Below, piece by piece: positions 37,531 through 50,677 of a stretch of DNA of 64,000 nt. The stretch comes from Glaucostegus cemiculus (Eukaryota), in NCBI GenBank assembly GCA_976551045.1, contig CDPCPM010000106.1, forward strand, positions 30,318,001-30,382,000. The letters are read 5' to 3'. A model generated the notes under the pieces. That model saw only the letters and a list, made by a program, of their open reading frames with translations. It searched no databases and had not been told where the DNA came from. The position numbers and the translations under genes are program-made. Positions within the stretch are counted from its first letter, which is position 1; each line of letters opens with the position of its first letter.

Positions 37531-40221
37531 GTGCAGAAAATGGGAAGATCTTAAGTGAAGCATCCACTCTGTCAACCCATCAAAGTAGCACAATATGCTG
37601 TTTGAAGTCTGTATTTGATTGAAGAGATGACATGTTACACTGTTCCAACCCACGAGATGCTTATTGACCAGGTTGGTCTGTGTGCTGGTGTTTCACTCTG
37701 ATACAGTTGGCAGTATGGGCAGCTTATTTGATTGCTGTCAGTATCTCAGTGCTCAGGTTGTTATCCTGACTAGATGATTCTAAATGGTCATCAGTCTTAA
37801 CAGTTCTTCCTTTCCCTGGTCTTGAAGTTGGAGGCAGGTTTGGGTAGCTCAATATGGACCAGGAGCTGATCCATACAATGGATCTGATCTTTGTCATCAA
37901 ACAATAGTGTTCAGTATGAATTAGTTCCATATAGTATTTACATTTTTTGAACTTCAGTGGAATCAGCTGGTGCAAACATCTCTTGGGATCTGATATCTTC
38001 AGTCCTTCCTATTGGAATATTTGTGTAACTAAACGTGTACCATAAATAGAGGTACAAGTGACTGAATTTCATCATTGCTTTCCTTTGAGCTGATATTTTG
38101 ATTATAGCCTGTGCAGAAAAGTACAATTGCTTAAAGCAGGAAATGGTGGCTAATGCAAGGGAAAATTGTCCAGTTAACCCAAATCACATCAGTGGAAGAA
38201 AACAGTATAATTTATAAGCAGCCAGCAATGACTTCGGGGACTGGGAACAATTGGTAATGTGCTAAAGTTGTGCTATTGTACTCCTGAGCTGGGGGCAGGT
38301 ACCTTGTTTCAAACAATCCCCATCGAAGTAACATTGCATCATTGACGATATGAATCAGCACAAATTTTGTTTAAATGTTGATAATGTTTTGCTTCAAATC
38401 TTTTGAAAGACTATTGTGTAACCATTTGGTAAGATTAGCAAACTACATTTTCTTCCCAGGCTCTGCAGAATGACTTTAACTTCTGATACTCTGTGATGGT
38501 GGACAGAACCACACGCCTGGGCTCCTGGAGAAAGTGGACATGTTTTGTTTTCTGCTTGGTGCTGTTCAGTGGTCATGGAGCCAGCAGTTTCCATATTTTG
38601 TGCACTGCCACATGAAACATTTTAATGTTTTATGCACTGAATTTTTAACCCAAATAACTAAAACAAATTGATTCAGGAAATCAGGTTGAAGCACATCTGT
38701 GAGAAGTTCTCAATGTTTTGTTTAAAACCCCACATCAAGATCCCGGTCTGATGCAGGGTTTTGACCTAAATTGTTGACAATCCCTTTCCTCCCACAGATG
38801 CTGCTTGACCTGCTGAGTTCCTACAGAAGATTTTATTGCTCCAGATTCCAACATCTGCTGTCTCTTGTCTACTAATCCTGATGGTTTGTGCCCTTTCCAT
38901 GACACAAGTGCAGGGAAGGGGGTTCTGCTAAATTGTTTTCTTCGATGTGTTGGAGGAAGGAGAGGTTCCACAACATGGATTGAACACTTCATCTGGTTCC
39001 AATTGAATAGTTTGCTCTGACACTATTTCTACCACTATTTAAAATCTGGGGAAAAAATACAATTATGAATATGCCAAGATTTGATCATTTTAAACAGTTG
39101 CTTAATGCCCCAAGCATTGTAACAAACATTCCCTTTCTCTAGCAGCATTACTTTTGGAATGATGTGTGTTAACTGCGACTTATCACTTGTCCGTCTGTTT
39201 AGAGATCAGTACAGCTGTAAGAGGAAACGCCACTTTTCCTTGGAAGGAAAATCTTCAGTGGAAAAGGTGATTTCAGAAGCAAAGATCTTGCAGATTGTAT
39301 CAACATTTTGGGTGACTTTCATGAGCAAGACTATAATGTAATTGAGTACAACTGTGTAGGTGGTGAGGTGAAATGTGGTCTTTAGGCTGTTGCAAATGCT
39401 TTCGGCATCTCCAGGATGTCTTCTGTTACTTGTGCAGTGTCCATTGTTAAACCTGCTCAGCAGACACTAAGAAATTAACTGCACTTGATGCTGTGTACAG
39501 TTTTAGTTTGCCTGCTGTTTTGGTGACGCTCTCTGCTTTCATGGTGCTACTGCCCAAGTGACAGTAGGAAGGCCGAGTGACTGAAGAACCTCGCTGTGTG
39601 AATTCTAGCTGAGGCAAGTAACATGTAGAATGGGATGGACTTTGGCACAACGATACTGCGGCAAAGGTGATGCTTGTGATAAGTGGAAGCAGAGAATCAG
39701 TGGGAAATGGGGATGAGTAACTCTGTATGCAAGATTATTCAATCATGCTTTGTTTCCCCCTTCCCTCCCTCCCCCCCCACCCCCACTTTGTTGATTACAG
39801 CCTTTGCTACTTGCCCTTATCTCCTTCTCTTTCCTGAATTCAGTGCAGTGCCTGTTGCCACTGTTTTTTCATGGCCTATCTCAAACTGCAACATTTGCAG
39901 CTGCCCCATGGTCTTATCGTCTCTCTGCAGACACAGATCTCCCACTCTCTTACATACCCTTGTTTTCTCTGCAGCTGCACAACCCCATACTAGACAGCCA
40001 CACTATCTGCTCTCCGGATATATTAAAGCACACGCTGTCCTCTTTTTGCAATGTTAAGTGCACTCAAGTTATTTTGGAATAGTCTTGAATTGAACAATGA
40101 AACTTAGTGTAGTTATAAATAAAGACCTGCATTTCTGTAGTTATACTTGCATCTCTTTTAAGGACATTCCAAATCCTTAATGACAGTGCAAGAACTTTGG
40201 AGGTGTAGTCAGTAAATATAG

Positions 40222-40685
40222 AAGAGATCCCATTAAGCTGGAGAGAGTGCAGAGGAGATTTACATGGATTTTGCCAGTTTGAGGGACCGAGTTACAAAGA
40301 AATTGAGCAGGTTGGGACTTTTTTCATTGGAGTGTAGGAGAATGAGGGGGTGATCTTGGTGTATAAAGTTTGAGGGGAATAGATTGGGGCTTATGCAGTC
40401 TTTTCCCCCAGGATTGGGGAATCAATAGCTAGAGGAAAAATTTTAGTAGGAACCTGAGGGGCAACTTTTTCACCCAGAGTGGTCAGTATATGAAATGAGC
40501 TGTCAGAGAAAGTGGTTGAGGAAGATGCATTAATATTTAAAACGTGCTTGGACAGGTACAGGAATAGGAAAGATTTAGGGGGATATGAGCAAAACATGGG
40601 GAAAGTGGGACTAGCTTGGATGGCAATCTTAGTCAGCATGAACCAGTTGGACCGAAGGGCCCATTTCTGTGCTTTATGACTCTAG
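40222..40685 (+). mobile_element. CR1 3' fragment
   Basis: AAGCTGGAGAGAGTGCAGAGGAGATTTAC (KLERVQRRF) through the tail GGACCGAAGGGCCCATTTCTGTGCTTTATGACTCT. Confidence 0.8.
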
Positions 40686-41984
40686 GCTCAAATGCTATTG
40701 TGAGCAAGCTCCTAACACTACTGCAATAATATCCAGATAATCTGGGTGTTAACACTGAGGATAAATGGCATCGAGGAAACTAGAGAACTCTCCAGCTCTT
40801 CAAAATAGATTTGGAAACTTTTTAGATTCAAGTGAAGCTGTAGGTAAGGCCTTGGTTTATCATCCAAGGGGGCACCTCCCACAGTGTGGGGTGACCTCTG
40901 TGCTGCACATGTTAGCCTGGATTTCTGTGCTAATCTATCTGGAGCAGATTTTAATTCAGAGCACTGATTTGAGCAATTGTGCTAGTTCAATTAAATGCAC
41001 CAGCTTTTTTTAAATATGTTAATCACTTAATGCTTGAGGTGTATTACTACATTTTCATGTCTCTTCCAATTTGCCTGGATATGTCTCCCTTATTCCTGGA
41101 GCTCACTTGAGAGGAATGATTTTACATAGCAAGTTGTGATCTGCAGTGCACAATTTGAAAGGGGCAGTCAAAACAATTTCAGTCACTCCTTTTTGGAAGG
41201 AAGAAGGATGAGTTCTTGGAAAAGGAAGAATTTTAGAGCAGGGAGTGGGAGTAATTAAATCATCAAAGGATGTCACATGCACAGTGGTCAGCTGGAGACC
41301 TCCTGTCATGTACCCTCATCTACTCACTATTCAGTTTATTTGACTGGAGATTCGGAGCTTAAAATTCATCTTCAGCACAGGTTTAAATCATTGCAGAGTG
41401 GCTGTATAATGCACATGGGAACTGTTTTAGATTTCCAGCATCTGCAATTTTTCTTTGACCTTAAATCTACTTCCTGTATTCACCTCTGACTTCCACTTCA
41501 TTTGTAATCCATTATTTTATTTTTCCCTGTTTTACTCTGTGTATGGATTCTAGTTGAACCATTGTGACCAGTTTTGTATTTGTTTCATCAATTAAACCTT
41601 TGAGGAACTTATCAATTTGAGAATTGTAGTTTGAAGATTAGACTTTGAGCATAATATCCATTTTCAATTATCAAATGTAAAAGGAAAAATTTTTTTGAGA
41701 AAGAACCCTTGGAAAATACTGGAAATGTACATCATGCATAAACTGAAATTCCCCTGGAGGCTGAGTCAAAAATTTATGGGAGATGGTTATTAGTGCAGAC
41801 ATTAACCAGATGCTGGCTGATTCCTAACTGGTATTTGGGTACTAAACCTACAAAGTTGCATATTTATTCTAAAACTACTGTAAGCTTTTTAAAAAAAAAA
41901 GCCACATTACTCCCTGAAGTTGAAGTAACTGCAAGTTGTAAAACAAATTGCATTTGATCAAGACTTTGCAAGTTTTTGTAGAGA

Positions 41985-42190
41985 AGAGACTCCAGATGCT
42001 AGAAATCTGGAGCAATGCAATGCTGGAGGAACTCAGCAGGTCTGGCTGCATTATGGAGAGAAATGGACAGTCACCATTTTGGGTTGAGAGACACCAGTCC
42101 AGATGAAGGGTCTTAACTTGAAACATCAACTGTCCATTTCCCTCCATGGATGCTGCCTGACCTGCTGAGTTCCTCCAGTGCATTTGTTGC
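41985..42190. mobile_element. Palindromic Penelope-derived mini-element
   Basis: Inverted arms CTGGAGGAACTCAGCAGGTC...GAAATGGACAG and CTGTCCATTTC...GACCTGCTGAGTTCCTCCAG. Confidence 0.78.
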
Positions 42191-42725
42191 TACAGCAAGT
42201 TTCCTTACTAGTTTAAGCGCAGAATTTAGTGGTGGCAGTCAAAACTATGTAGGTGGCCCAGAAGGCACTGGTGAAAAATAATTGATATTATAGCTGGCCT
42301 TCAACCATGTTTAGTAGACCATTAAGGTCTCTATATAAGCCTGCTAAAGTGTTGCACAGGGATTTTGGAGTGTGGAAGGTTTCAAATAGTAATTAGAACA
42401 GATAAGTAGCTGAAGATCATGCAGAAGTAATTCCTGAATTTGAAGTAGTTACAAACTTAATCCTAGATAGGAAAGCATTTCCAAAATCTGATCACTGCAG
42501 TATCTCATTCCTGAGTATTCCAAGATGTACTTTAGGGCCATTTTTGACTCCCTGAGATCTGTGGTTCCAGTGATCTGGCAAGAAACTAGTGTGCCAGTAT
42601 ATAAAGAAGGCAATAAACTTCATCCCTCTGTCAGACTTGGGTCATAAACAGAAGCACTGCCCAATTATATGCAAGACAGTTGGGTTATTAGTGAGGTTCA
42701 GCATGGCTTCTGAATAGCTTTAAAG

Positions 42726-42960
42726 TTTATTTACAGCATGGTAACAGGCCCTTTCAGCCCATGAGTCCGTGCCGCCCATTTTAAACCCCGAAATTAACCT
42801 ACCCCGTACATCTTTGAAATGTGGGAGGAAACTGGGGCACCTGGAGGAAACTCTCCCAGACATGGGAGAACATACATACCCCTTACAGTCAGTGACAGGA
42901 ATCGAACCCCGATCACTGGCGCTGTAAGTGTTGTGCTAACTGCTACGCTATCGTGCCGCC
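42726..42960 (-). mobile_element. tRNA-derived V-SINE (HE1-like)
   Basis: Reverse complement of the 63073-63308 family: TGTGGGAGGAAACTGGGGCACCTGGAGGAAAC, GGAATCGAACCC, GCTAACTGCTACGCTATCGTGCCGCC. Confidence 0.85.
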
Positions 42961-45900
42961 CTAAATAAATACAGAAAATGCTGGAAATATTCAATGGGTT
43001 GGATTGCATTGAAAGATCATTGACTCGAAGTACTAACTCTCCTTGCCACACATGGCTGGACCTGCTGACTGTTCTTAGTATGTTTTAATTTTAGATTTCC
43101 AGCATCTGTAAGTTGCTTTCATTGGCTCCTGAAGATCTACTTGGTTGTTTGTGGATATTACAGACAGTGGATGGTTGAAACCTGATTGGCAGTGTATCTT
43201 GACTTTCAAAATGTTATGTTCTGCACAATGTACAAAGTGGCTGTGAGCCAGTGGAATTGGGGGAAACGGGACGTAAGCTCTAAGAAACTAAAGGTTTAAT
43301 GTTAGTCATTCTAATTGTGTACTACTGGATTCCTGCAGGGGAAAGTCAAGAACCAGGCTAGATACTAGGAGTATTTTCTCAAGGCATTGATCTCCTGGAA
43401 TCAAATGCCACCGTGTGCAGTTTCAAGAACATGGAGAAATCTTCCAGAGCAAACTTGAATTGTCCCCTTGGCCTGAACTGTTTATGATATTAAGTACTAA
43501 AGAGAAACTATAATCCAATAGATCTTGTCATTTGTTGGAAAGTTTCTAAAATGCCCTGGGGACAAAGTGAGCATTTGTCCAAACTTGGGCTGCTTGGAGT
43601 GAGCCAGTGTGACTTTGTGAAGGGTACTTCATATGGAATAAACCTGCCAAATATTTTGAGGTAATTAGTTCCCCCTCATTTTGGAGGGTGATGGTCACTG
43701 GATTTAAGAAGTTTCCACATGAAACCTATTTTTGCTAACCAAAGAAGGGATGGGAAGAATGGATGTCTGTTGAAATGAGCAGGGAAAGACAATGTCCCCA
43801 CAGCATCTTCACATTTTGGTATTTTAAAATTGAGAAATTAGAGCTACTACATACAGGAGCACTGCATGGATTGCACGATCTTGAGCAGAAAGTTGCAAAG
43901 AGACATCCAATAGATAGGTGAACAAGACCAGCAGGAAGCATTTAATTTGACAAGTGTCAAGTTGGCATTGGATCTGAAAAATCAATGCTGCTTAATAGCA
44001 AGAAGCTAGGGCCAGAGATTTGGGGTCCAAATAAAGTAGGGCTGGCATAAAGTGGAGTGGAAGTTGGTAAAGTGTGGAGCTGCAGATGCATCTGGTGTAG
44101 AGAACTCAAATGATTAGAGGTGGGCTTTGAAAAGGGTTGTGGAAGGTGGAGAAGTTTTAGCTTGAGGAAACTGGTTGATGCAAAAACTGGGTGTCAGCAA
44201 AGAACAATGACAATGCAGGAATGGAATGGTCAGGAAAACTGGTTCAGTTGTTGTTGGAATGTAACTATATACTTGAAGGGATTCCTTGGGAATGCCCAAG
44301 CTGATTTGGAGATGGGGGAGGGGGGTGGAGTTGTTGCTGGACAGGGTGTCTGTGTAGATCTTAGAATTAAGAGTGGACAAGATGTTGAGGGAGGGGGAAA
44401 GGGGGGAAATGTACCACCATCAGCATTAGGATTGGTCTAAAGACAGGAGTGCACAAATCTAGTCTGAGACTGTTACACCACTGAGGGAGTGCCACACTGC
44501 TTTAAGTAGAGTCGTAGAAAAGAGGGTGCACTGAGGCCCCAGCTGTGTTTCAGGTGGCCAACTTTGTACTTCAGTGTATTGTTGGTTGTGGGTGGGATGC
44601 CTTTCTCACCAGAGAGGATTCTGGCCATTCCTGAAGTCTGCCCTCCAAGACCAGTTTTGCCGATTGACAGGTCGGACAGGAGGCCGACTGTAGTCACTAC
44701 TGACCATGGGATCCTGGACTCCTGTGGCTGTCAGAGACAGCCAGGGCTTCATTTCAATTGGGAATGCAGGTCAAAAATTGTACAGGCAACTTGCTATAGA
44801 TCATAAAATCATAGGCAAGGTTTAAAGTCAGCACAACATTGTGGGCCGAAGGGCCTGTATTGTGCGGGGTACTGTTCTAAGACCTTCCTCCCTCTTCCTC
44901 CCTTCCTCTCACATCCCTCTTTTAAATTCCTCCATATGCTTATCTGAGCAATCTCCTGAATTTGACCAACGTACCTGCCGCCCCAGGCAGCGCATTCGAT
45001 GCCCCAACCACTCTGTTGGAGAAAATTTTGCAGACTATGAAATGCAAACTGAAGTGGTGCCAAAGGCGGTACTAAAGTGACAGTAACGGAAGGCTCGAAC
45101 GTGGCAACAGCACAGTGAAGCCTGTGAAAGGTGGTTGGTTCAGAAGTCTGGCAGTGGGAAGGAGCTGTTGAATCTGGACGTTTCTGCTTTCAAGCTTCTA
45201 TCTAGCAGAAGAGAAGGGGCTGGCCGGAGTGGCAGGTATCCTTAACGATACTGTTCGCCTTCCTGATGCAATGCACAGTGAAGAGGGACTAGATGAAAGG
45301 AAGTGGAAATATTAAATATTGGACACCCGGTTCAAATGGGACGGTAACAACCCTGTATAGGTATGAAAAGATTTCGTACATTGTTGTGAGCTTGTATTAT
45401 CCCCACCCTGGCTAATACTGTACACTAATTAGAGGAGAACAGCTGGGGAATATCATACTGCTGCTTGTGGGAACTCGCTGTGCACAGATTCCCCACGTTA
45501 CGGCAGTGACTGAAACAGTTCGCCTGTTTTAAGACGGTGATAGGCGATGTGGAAATGAGTCTGTGCAGTCAATTAGCATCCACTTGGGGGGGGGGAGGAG
45601 AAATGTTGTTGCTAGCAGGACATCATTGGCTCACGACGATGCCAATGAGAAGCTTGAGGTCGCCCCTGCTACTGGATGGGTCGGTTACATTGATACACCA
45701 TGCAAGTCAGCGTTGCTTTGTAGCCATCTCCAGCCAGCCCTCATTGGTTGAGCGCATTTCAGCTGCTGCCAATCGGCTTCAAGGGACGCAAACGGGAAGC
45801 CTTGTTACTTGGTTGAATTTTAATTCTTAATCTTGTGTTCCGTGTTTTTCCCCTCTTTCTTCTTTCCGCCCCCCCAACCCCCATTATTAACAAAATGTCA

Positions 45901-46339
45901 AACTACGTTTTGCCCTCGGGATTAGGAAAACTCTAAAGTTTTTTTTTGGGTAATTGTGCGATTTTTATGCGCTTTTTAAACTTGAAGGGTAGGCACGCAA
46001 CCAGTTTAAGAAAGCGTTCAAGAAGTGTTGGGATCGGTGTTAAGAAATTCCTATCAGTTTGGAGTCTAAAGCACGAAGTCCACGGGTTTCCCATGGGGTG
46101 CCCCAGGGTGACACAGTACCGAACAATCTGCAGCCTTGGCTTTCCGCAGGTTGTTTTCCCCTTTGCTGGAGTTTGCAGGTTTGTCAGTGAAGCAGACGGG
46201 AGCTTGAATCATTGCGGGACGGGGCCATCTCTGCACAGACCCGATCAGCATTTCAAGCTGGCGCAACTTCTGCAAATTCTGCAGACCTGCAAGAACCCGC
46301 TTAGTCCGCCAGTTCGCTGCTGAAATGCCCCACCGCCAT

Positions 46340-46631
46340 CCCCCGGAAAAAGTTGCATTAAAAATTTTGCATTAAAAAGTTTTTGTGCATCAAAGCCAGC
46401 CGTGCGCTGCACAGCGCTCGCAGAGTTGTTGCAGGGGGCGGGGCCAGTCGGGCGATCGCGGCACGCCGATTGGCTGCGGGCGGCGGGCGGGCGTTTCCCA
46501 TTGGCTGGGGCGGGACGCGGCGGCGCTATATCCGAGGCGGCGGGGCAGGCTGCGGGTGCGGGCAGTGGTGCCGCTGCGGACGGCGCGGAGTCCCCGACCG
46601 GACCGGCCCCGCATGACAGCACAGCGGCGGC
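46340..46631 (+). promoter_or_regulatory. Proximal CpG-island promoter and 5' UTR of exon 1b
   Basis: Dense CpG; GC boxes GGGGCGGGGC 46435-46444 and GGGGCGGGAC 46507-46516; inverted CCAAT boxes 46469-46473 and 46500-46504; TATA-like CTATAT 46526-46531. Confidence 0.8.
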
Positions 46632-46676
46632 ATGGACTACCTCACCTGTGACCACTGCAAGCGGGTCCGCCTGAAG
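46632..46676 (+). CDS. SESN2: Sestrin alternative first coding exon 1b, short isoform (MDYLTCDHCKRVRLK)
   Basis: Strong Kozak ggcATGg inside a CpG island; in-frame TGA upstream at 46614-46616; AAG|GTGAGT donor, phase 0; peptide resembles human SESN3 exon 1 (NYLLCTNCRKVLRK). Confidence 0.85.
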
Positions 46677-46726
46677 GTGAGTCGATAGCCGGGGGGGAGT
46701 CCCCCTCCCCCAGATGGGTCCCCCTT

Positions 46727-47167
46727 GCACACCTGAGTCTGTTCCTCCCTCCCCCCTCCAGCACACCTGAGTCTGTTGCTTCCCCCCCCACTCCCCCCTC
46801 CAGCACACCTGAGTCTGTTGCTTCCCCCCCACTCCCCCCTCCAGCACACCTGAGTCTGCTGCATCCCCCCCACTCCCCCCTCCAGCACACCTGAGTCTGC
46901 TGCATCCCCCCCACTCCCCCCTCCAGCACACCTGAGTCTGCTGCTTCCCCCCCACTCCCCCCTCCAGCACACCTGAGTCTGCTGCATCCCCCCCACTCCC
47001 CCCTCCAGCACACCTGAGTCTGCTGCTTCCCCCCCACTCCCCCCTCCAGCACACCTGAGTCTGCTGCTTCCCCCCCACTCCCCCCTCCAGCACACCTGAG
47101 TCTGCTGCTTCCCCCCCACTCCCCCCTCCAGCACACCTGAGTCTGCTGCTTCCCCCCCACTCCCCCT
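46727..47167 (+). repeat. 41-bp C-rich minisatellite, about 11 copies
   Basis: Unit approximately GCACACCTGAGTCTGCTGCTTCCCCCCCACTCCCCCCTCCA; copies start at 46727 (short variant), 46761, 46803, 46844, 46885, 46926, 46967, 47008, 47049, 47090 and 47131 (partial). Confidence 0.97.
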
Positions 47168-50100
47168 CACCGATTCCAGCAGCCTCCACTTGTCCCAGTC
47201 TTGCGTTGCACAGAAGTCAAACAAGTGGGTTCTTTTGTGATTTGTTGCAGTGCTAGGAAGGACAGTTGTTATCTATCTGCCTTCAGGATGTTTTGCACCG
47301 TCTTGGGTGGACAGGTGCCCCCTTGCAGTGCCTGGTGTAGTTAGGGAGGGGGCTCCTGTGCAGTTAAATTCTCCCTGCAGCCTGCTGGCAGGTTGGTAGC
47401 CACACCGGGTCCCACCCAAGTACCGGGCCAAAGTTTTACTGCTGCCACAAAAGATATTCCACTACACATGTCAGTGATTCTGATTAACTGTCGGGAAACG
47501 GATCTGGGCACCGGGATATCCCCTTTCATTGTATTCCCGTCGGCGGGCTGACACTGGTTTGCACTGAATGGACAGTCCCCTCTCCATAATCAATATTGCA
47601 CCAAGAATGCCCTACAGGCAGCAGCTGAGGGACTTGTTACATTTAACAGCAGCGCAGTTGTCAGTTTCACACACCGATGTTGGAGATCAGTTGTTTGTTC
47701 AGCCTAAATGCACAATATCTAAGTATGATTTTTATTGAGAAGTGAGTAGATTTTTAGCATCATGTTTCATTTCCCTGTGCCTCTTTTTTTTTTCCCCCTG
47801 CTCTGTAGAATTTTGACAGCTCAGCAGTTTTGTTCAACTCTGCTGAATGTTTGGGTTGAGACTAGACGGTGCTGGTATTAACGAGACTGTGTTACAAGTG
47901 TCTAGGAGCCACTTTGATTCTGCTTTCTTAAACCAGCCTGGTCTTGGACTTTTGTTAATCATCACAATATGATGACATAGTTAAATTACTGGATCAACAG
48001 TTCTAAACCACTGACCTAGACAGGAGTTTGAATCCAGCATGGTTGCTAGGGAATTTAAATGCAAGTGATTAAATAAAAATCAAATGTACTCGGTCTGAAA
48101 TGAGGCTAGGTCCACCAATGCAGTAAACTCATAATAACCACCCAAGGTAAGGCCAATTGGGGATGGACAATGAGTGGCATTTTTGTTCCTAATGAAAGAA
48201 GAAAAATCAAAATCAATTATGAAACCTCTCTCCTCCCCATACCATTTGCAAGTAACTTTACTGGATCACTTTGCAGCATCTGTCCAGAAAAGAACAGTCC
48301 TAATTTATCCACATAATTGAAGTCTCTCATTCCTAAAATCATTTTAATAAATCTATGCCCATGTTCAATTTTTCACTTTTCCTAAAATCCATGGGACTTG
48401 AAACTGGATAGAATTTTCCATTTGTGAATGGTTTGGTCTGTGATTTTTTTTTAAAAATTTGATAGTTTGGGGAAATCTTCCTACTCTGATTTGTTTCCTG
48501 GTGTCGCTAATGTCCACTGAAGGGTTGGTCAGCTATTTTTGTGGGCACCACTCTTGTCTCTATCAGAAGGTTGTGGGTTCAAGGCCAGAGACTTGAGCCC
48601 AAAGATCGAGACTGACTAACACCCTGGTGCAGTACTGAACAGCTGCATTGTCAGTTCTTTTGGGTAATGTTTTTGGATACAACCCCACAGGATTCTGTGG
48701 CACTCTTGAACAGGAGCAGGGGCGGTGCCTCCAGGCCAATGTTTAACCCAAGGATAACAATGAACAGTTGATCATGTTGTTGTCCTGCTGTTCTTGGTAT
48801 TACAGTAGTGAATTTGCTTCAGAATCACTTTGAGCCATCCTGTATGTAATGTACATACATGGGAAATGCATGTAATGGGAGCACTGTCTATTCTTACTGT
48901 AAACTAAGTAGCATCAAAATGAACAGAAGGATCCCATTAACTACAGTAATCAGTTTCTAAAAGTGAATCACTTGGCCTGTGGCCTCCTGAATCAGAGACC
49001 AGGGTTCTAATGGAGCCATGCTAACACTTGTCTAAAGGTTATAACAGCTAGGAGTATTTTGTTTTTTAATATACTTTTCATTTGGTTGAGCCTGTCTCAG
49101 ATGTGTGTTCACACAGGACTGTATTCCCTGTTCATTCTCAGCATGTGGGAGTGCTGACCAACATTACCTGTCCCAAATCACCACTGAACTGGAGTACAGG
49201 GCCCTGAAATTTGACTACATTGCTGTGGTTCAGGGTTTATGTATTGGCCATACCTGATCATGACAGCAGATTCTCTCCCCTAACTAACAGTAAATCTGAA
49301 ACTCCTGGGAGTTTCATTATTACAATGCTGATGCTAGCTCTCTATTGCAAATTATTACTCTAATTTTAAATTCCTAAGTTGTTATGCTACAGTGTGAATT
49401 TGTTCCCACGTAGTCCAGGTTCTGGATGCTAACCACGTAACTCCTGTCTAATATCTTCACCACAATGACATGGGTCATGTACATTGTGGTTTAAAAATTG
49501 AAACTTAGTGAAACCTTCAGCTTTGAACTCTAGTTGTGTACAACAGCATTCTGACTGTGTGTGGGAACATGTACACCATGTGAATGGCAGATAACTGGGT
49601 TTGGCTGAAGACATTATTCTGTCTTTAGAAAAAGAACTTGCAAGTGATATAAAGTAACAACTATTTTCCTTGTCTAATGTCCCTGGACAATGCAGTGTTC
49701 ATGCATTAAGCGCTTCTGATACAGAATGTTAATTTGCCACTAATCCCTAAAGATTCTTTGCTCTGTCCCTCTCCTGTGGTATGCACAGGTTGCATTGATA
49801 GACCTTTTAAATTCTGTGGGGAAATTTCTCAAACTAATGCCAAGTTGCTCCCTGCCATGGTTCCCCATCACGGTGCGTATATAAAGGCTCCCACTGCAGT
49901 TGAGTAAAAGATTTGGGAGTGGCATCGTTATTGGAGTTTGACACCTCAATCTTTTCATCAGTTGCAATGCTACTTTGGGAGATCTGGGGTTAGTGTCACC
50001 CAAAGCACATTAATCCACAAAGCTGCTGTTCTCTGATACATCACACTGAGAAGACAGATTTGCTTCAAGTAGTGCCTTTCCTGGAGGATAGTCACTGGAG

Positions 50101-50411
50101 TAATGTCAATCTCTTCCAGCTTGTCTGAAACTAGCTCCACACATGGTTGTTTACTAATCATATCTTTTGATGCAAATTGGCTTATGAACATCAGCCAGGA
50201 CCTGGGTGGGAGCTCCCCACACCTTATGCAGCAAAAAATAATTCCTTTTTATGAAATAAAATGCAAGAATCACTTGAGTGTCAGGCAGCCACTGCAGAGG
50301 TGGTTGCCATTTCGGGTCAAAGATCTTTCATGGGGGGAGGCAGGAGAAAATAGGTGAAGTTGCAGAGGGTGGTGGTTAGACGGGACCAATTTTGGGTAAT
50401 TTTTAAGATGT

Positions 50412-50677
50412 CTTAGTCACATGTACATCAAAAGACAGTGAAAATGCATCTTTCGTGCAGTGTTCTGGGGGCAGCCCGCAAGTGTCACCACACATCCAGC
50501 ACCGACATAGCACGCCCACAACTTCCTAACCCGTTCGTCTTTGGAATGTGGGAGGAAACCGGAGCACCCAGAGGAAACCCACACAGACACGGGGAGAATG
50601 TACAAACTGCTTACAGCAGCCAGAATTGAACCCAGGTTGCTGGCACTAATAGGATTACGCTAACTGCTACACTACCA
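50412..50677 (-). mobile_element. V-SINE with a different 3' tail
   Basis: TGTGGGAGGAAACCGGAGCACCCAGAGGAAACCCAC V-domain and GAATTGAACCC B-box; the tail matches the + strand fragment at about 62950-63070. Confidence 0.82.

Noticed and set aside
39629-39670. Possible third first exon (ATG...GGCAAAG|GTGATG) in mildly CpG-retaining sequence
   Set aside because: Weak donor, neither ATG gives phase 0 for exon 2, and there is no sestrin similarity.
46727-47167. CRISPR-like periodic array
   Set aside because: Units are contiguous with no unique spacers, there are no cas genes, and the context is a vertebrate intron.
46245-47224. Long Gly-rich - strand ORFs (314, 195 and 172 aa)
   Set aside because: By-products of the stop-free 41-bp minisatellite and CpG island; open in all three frames.
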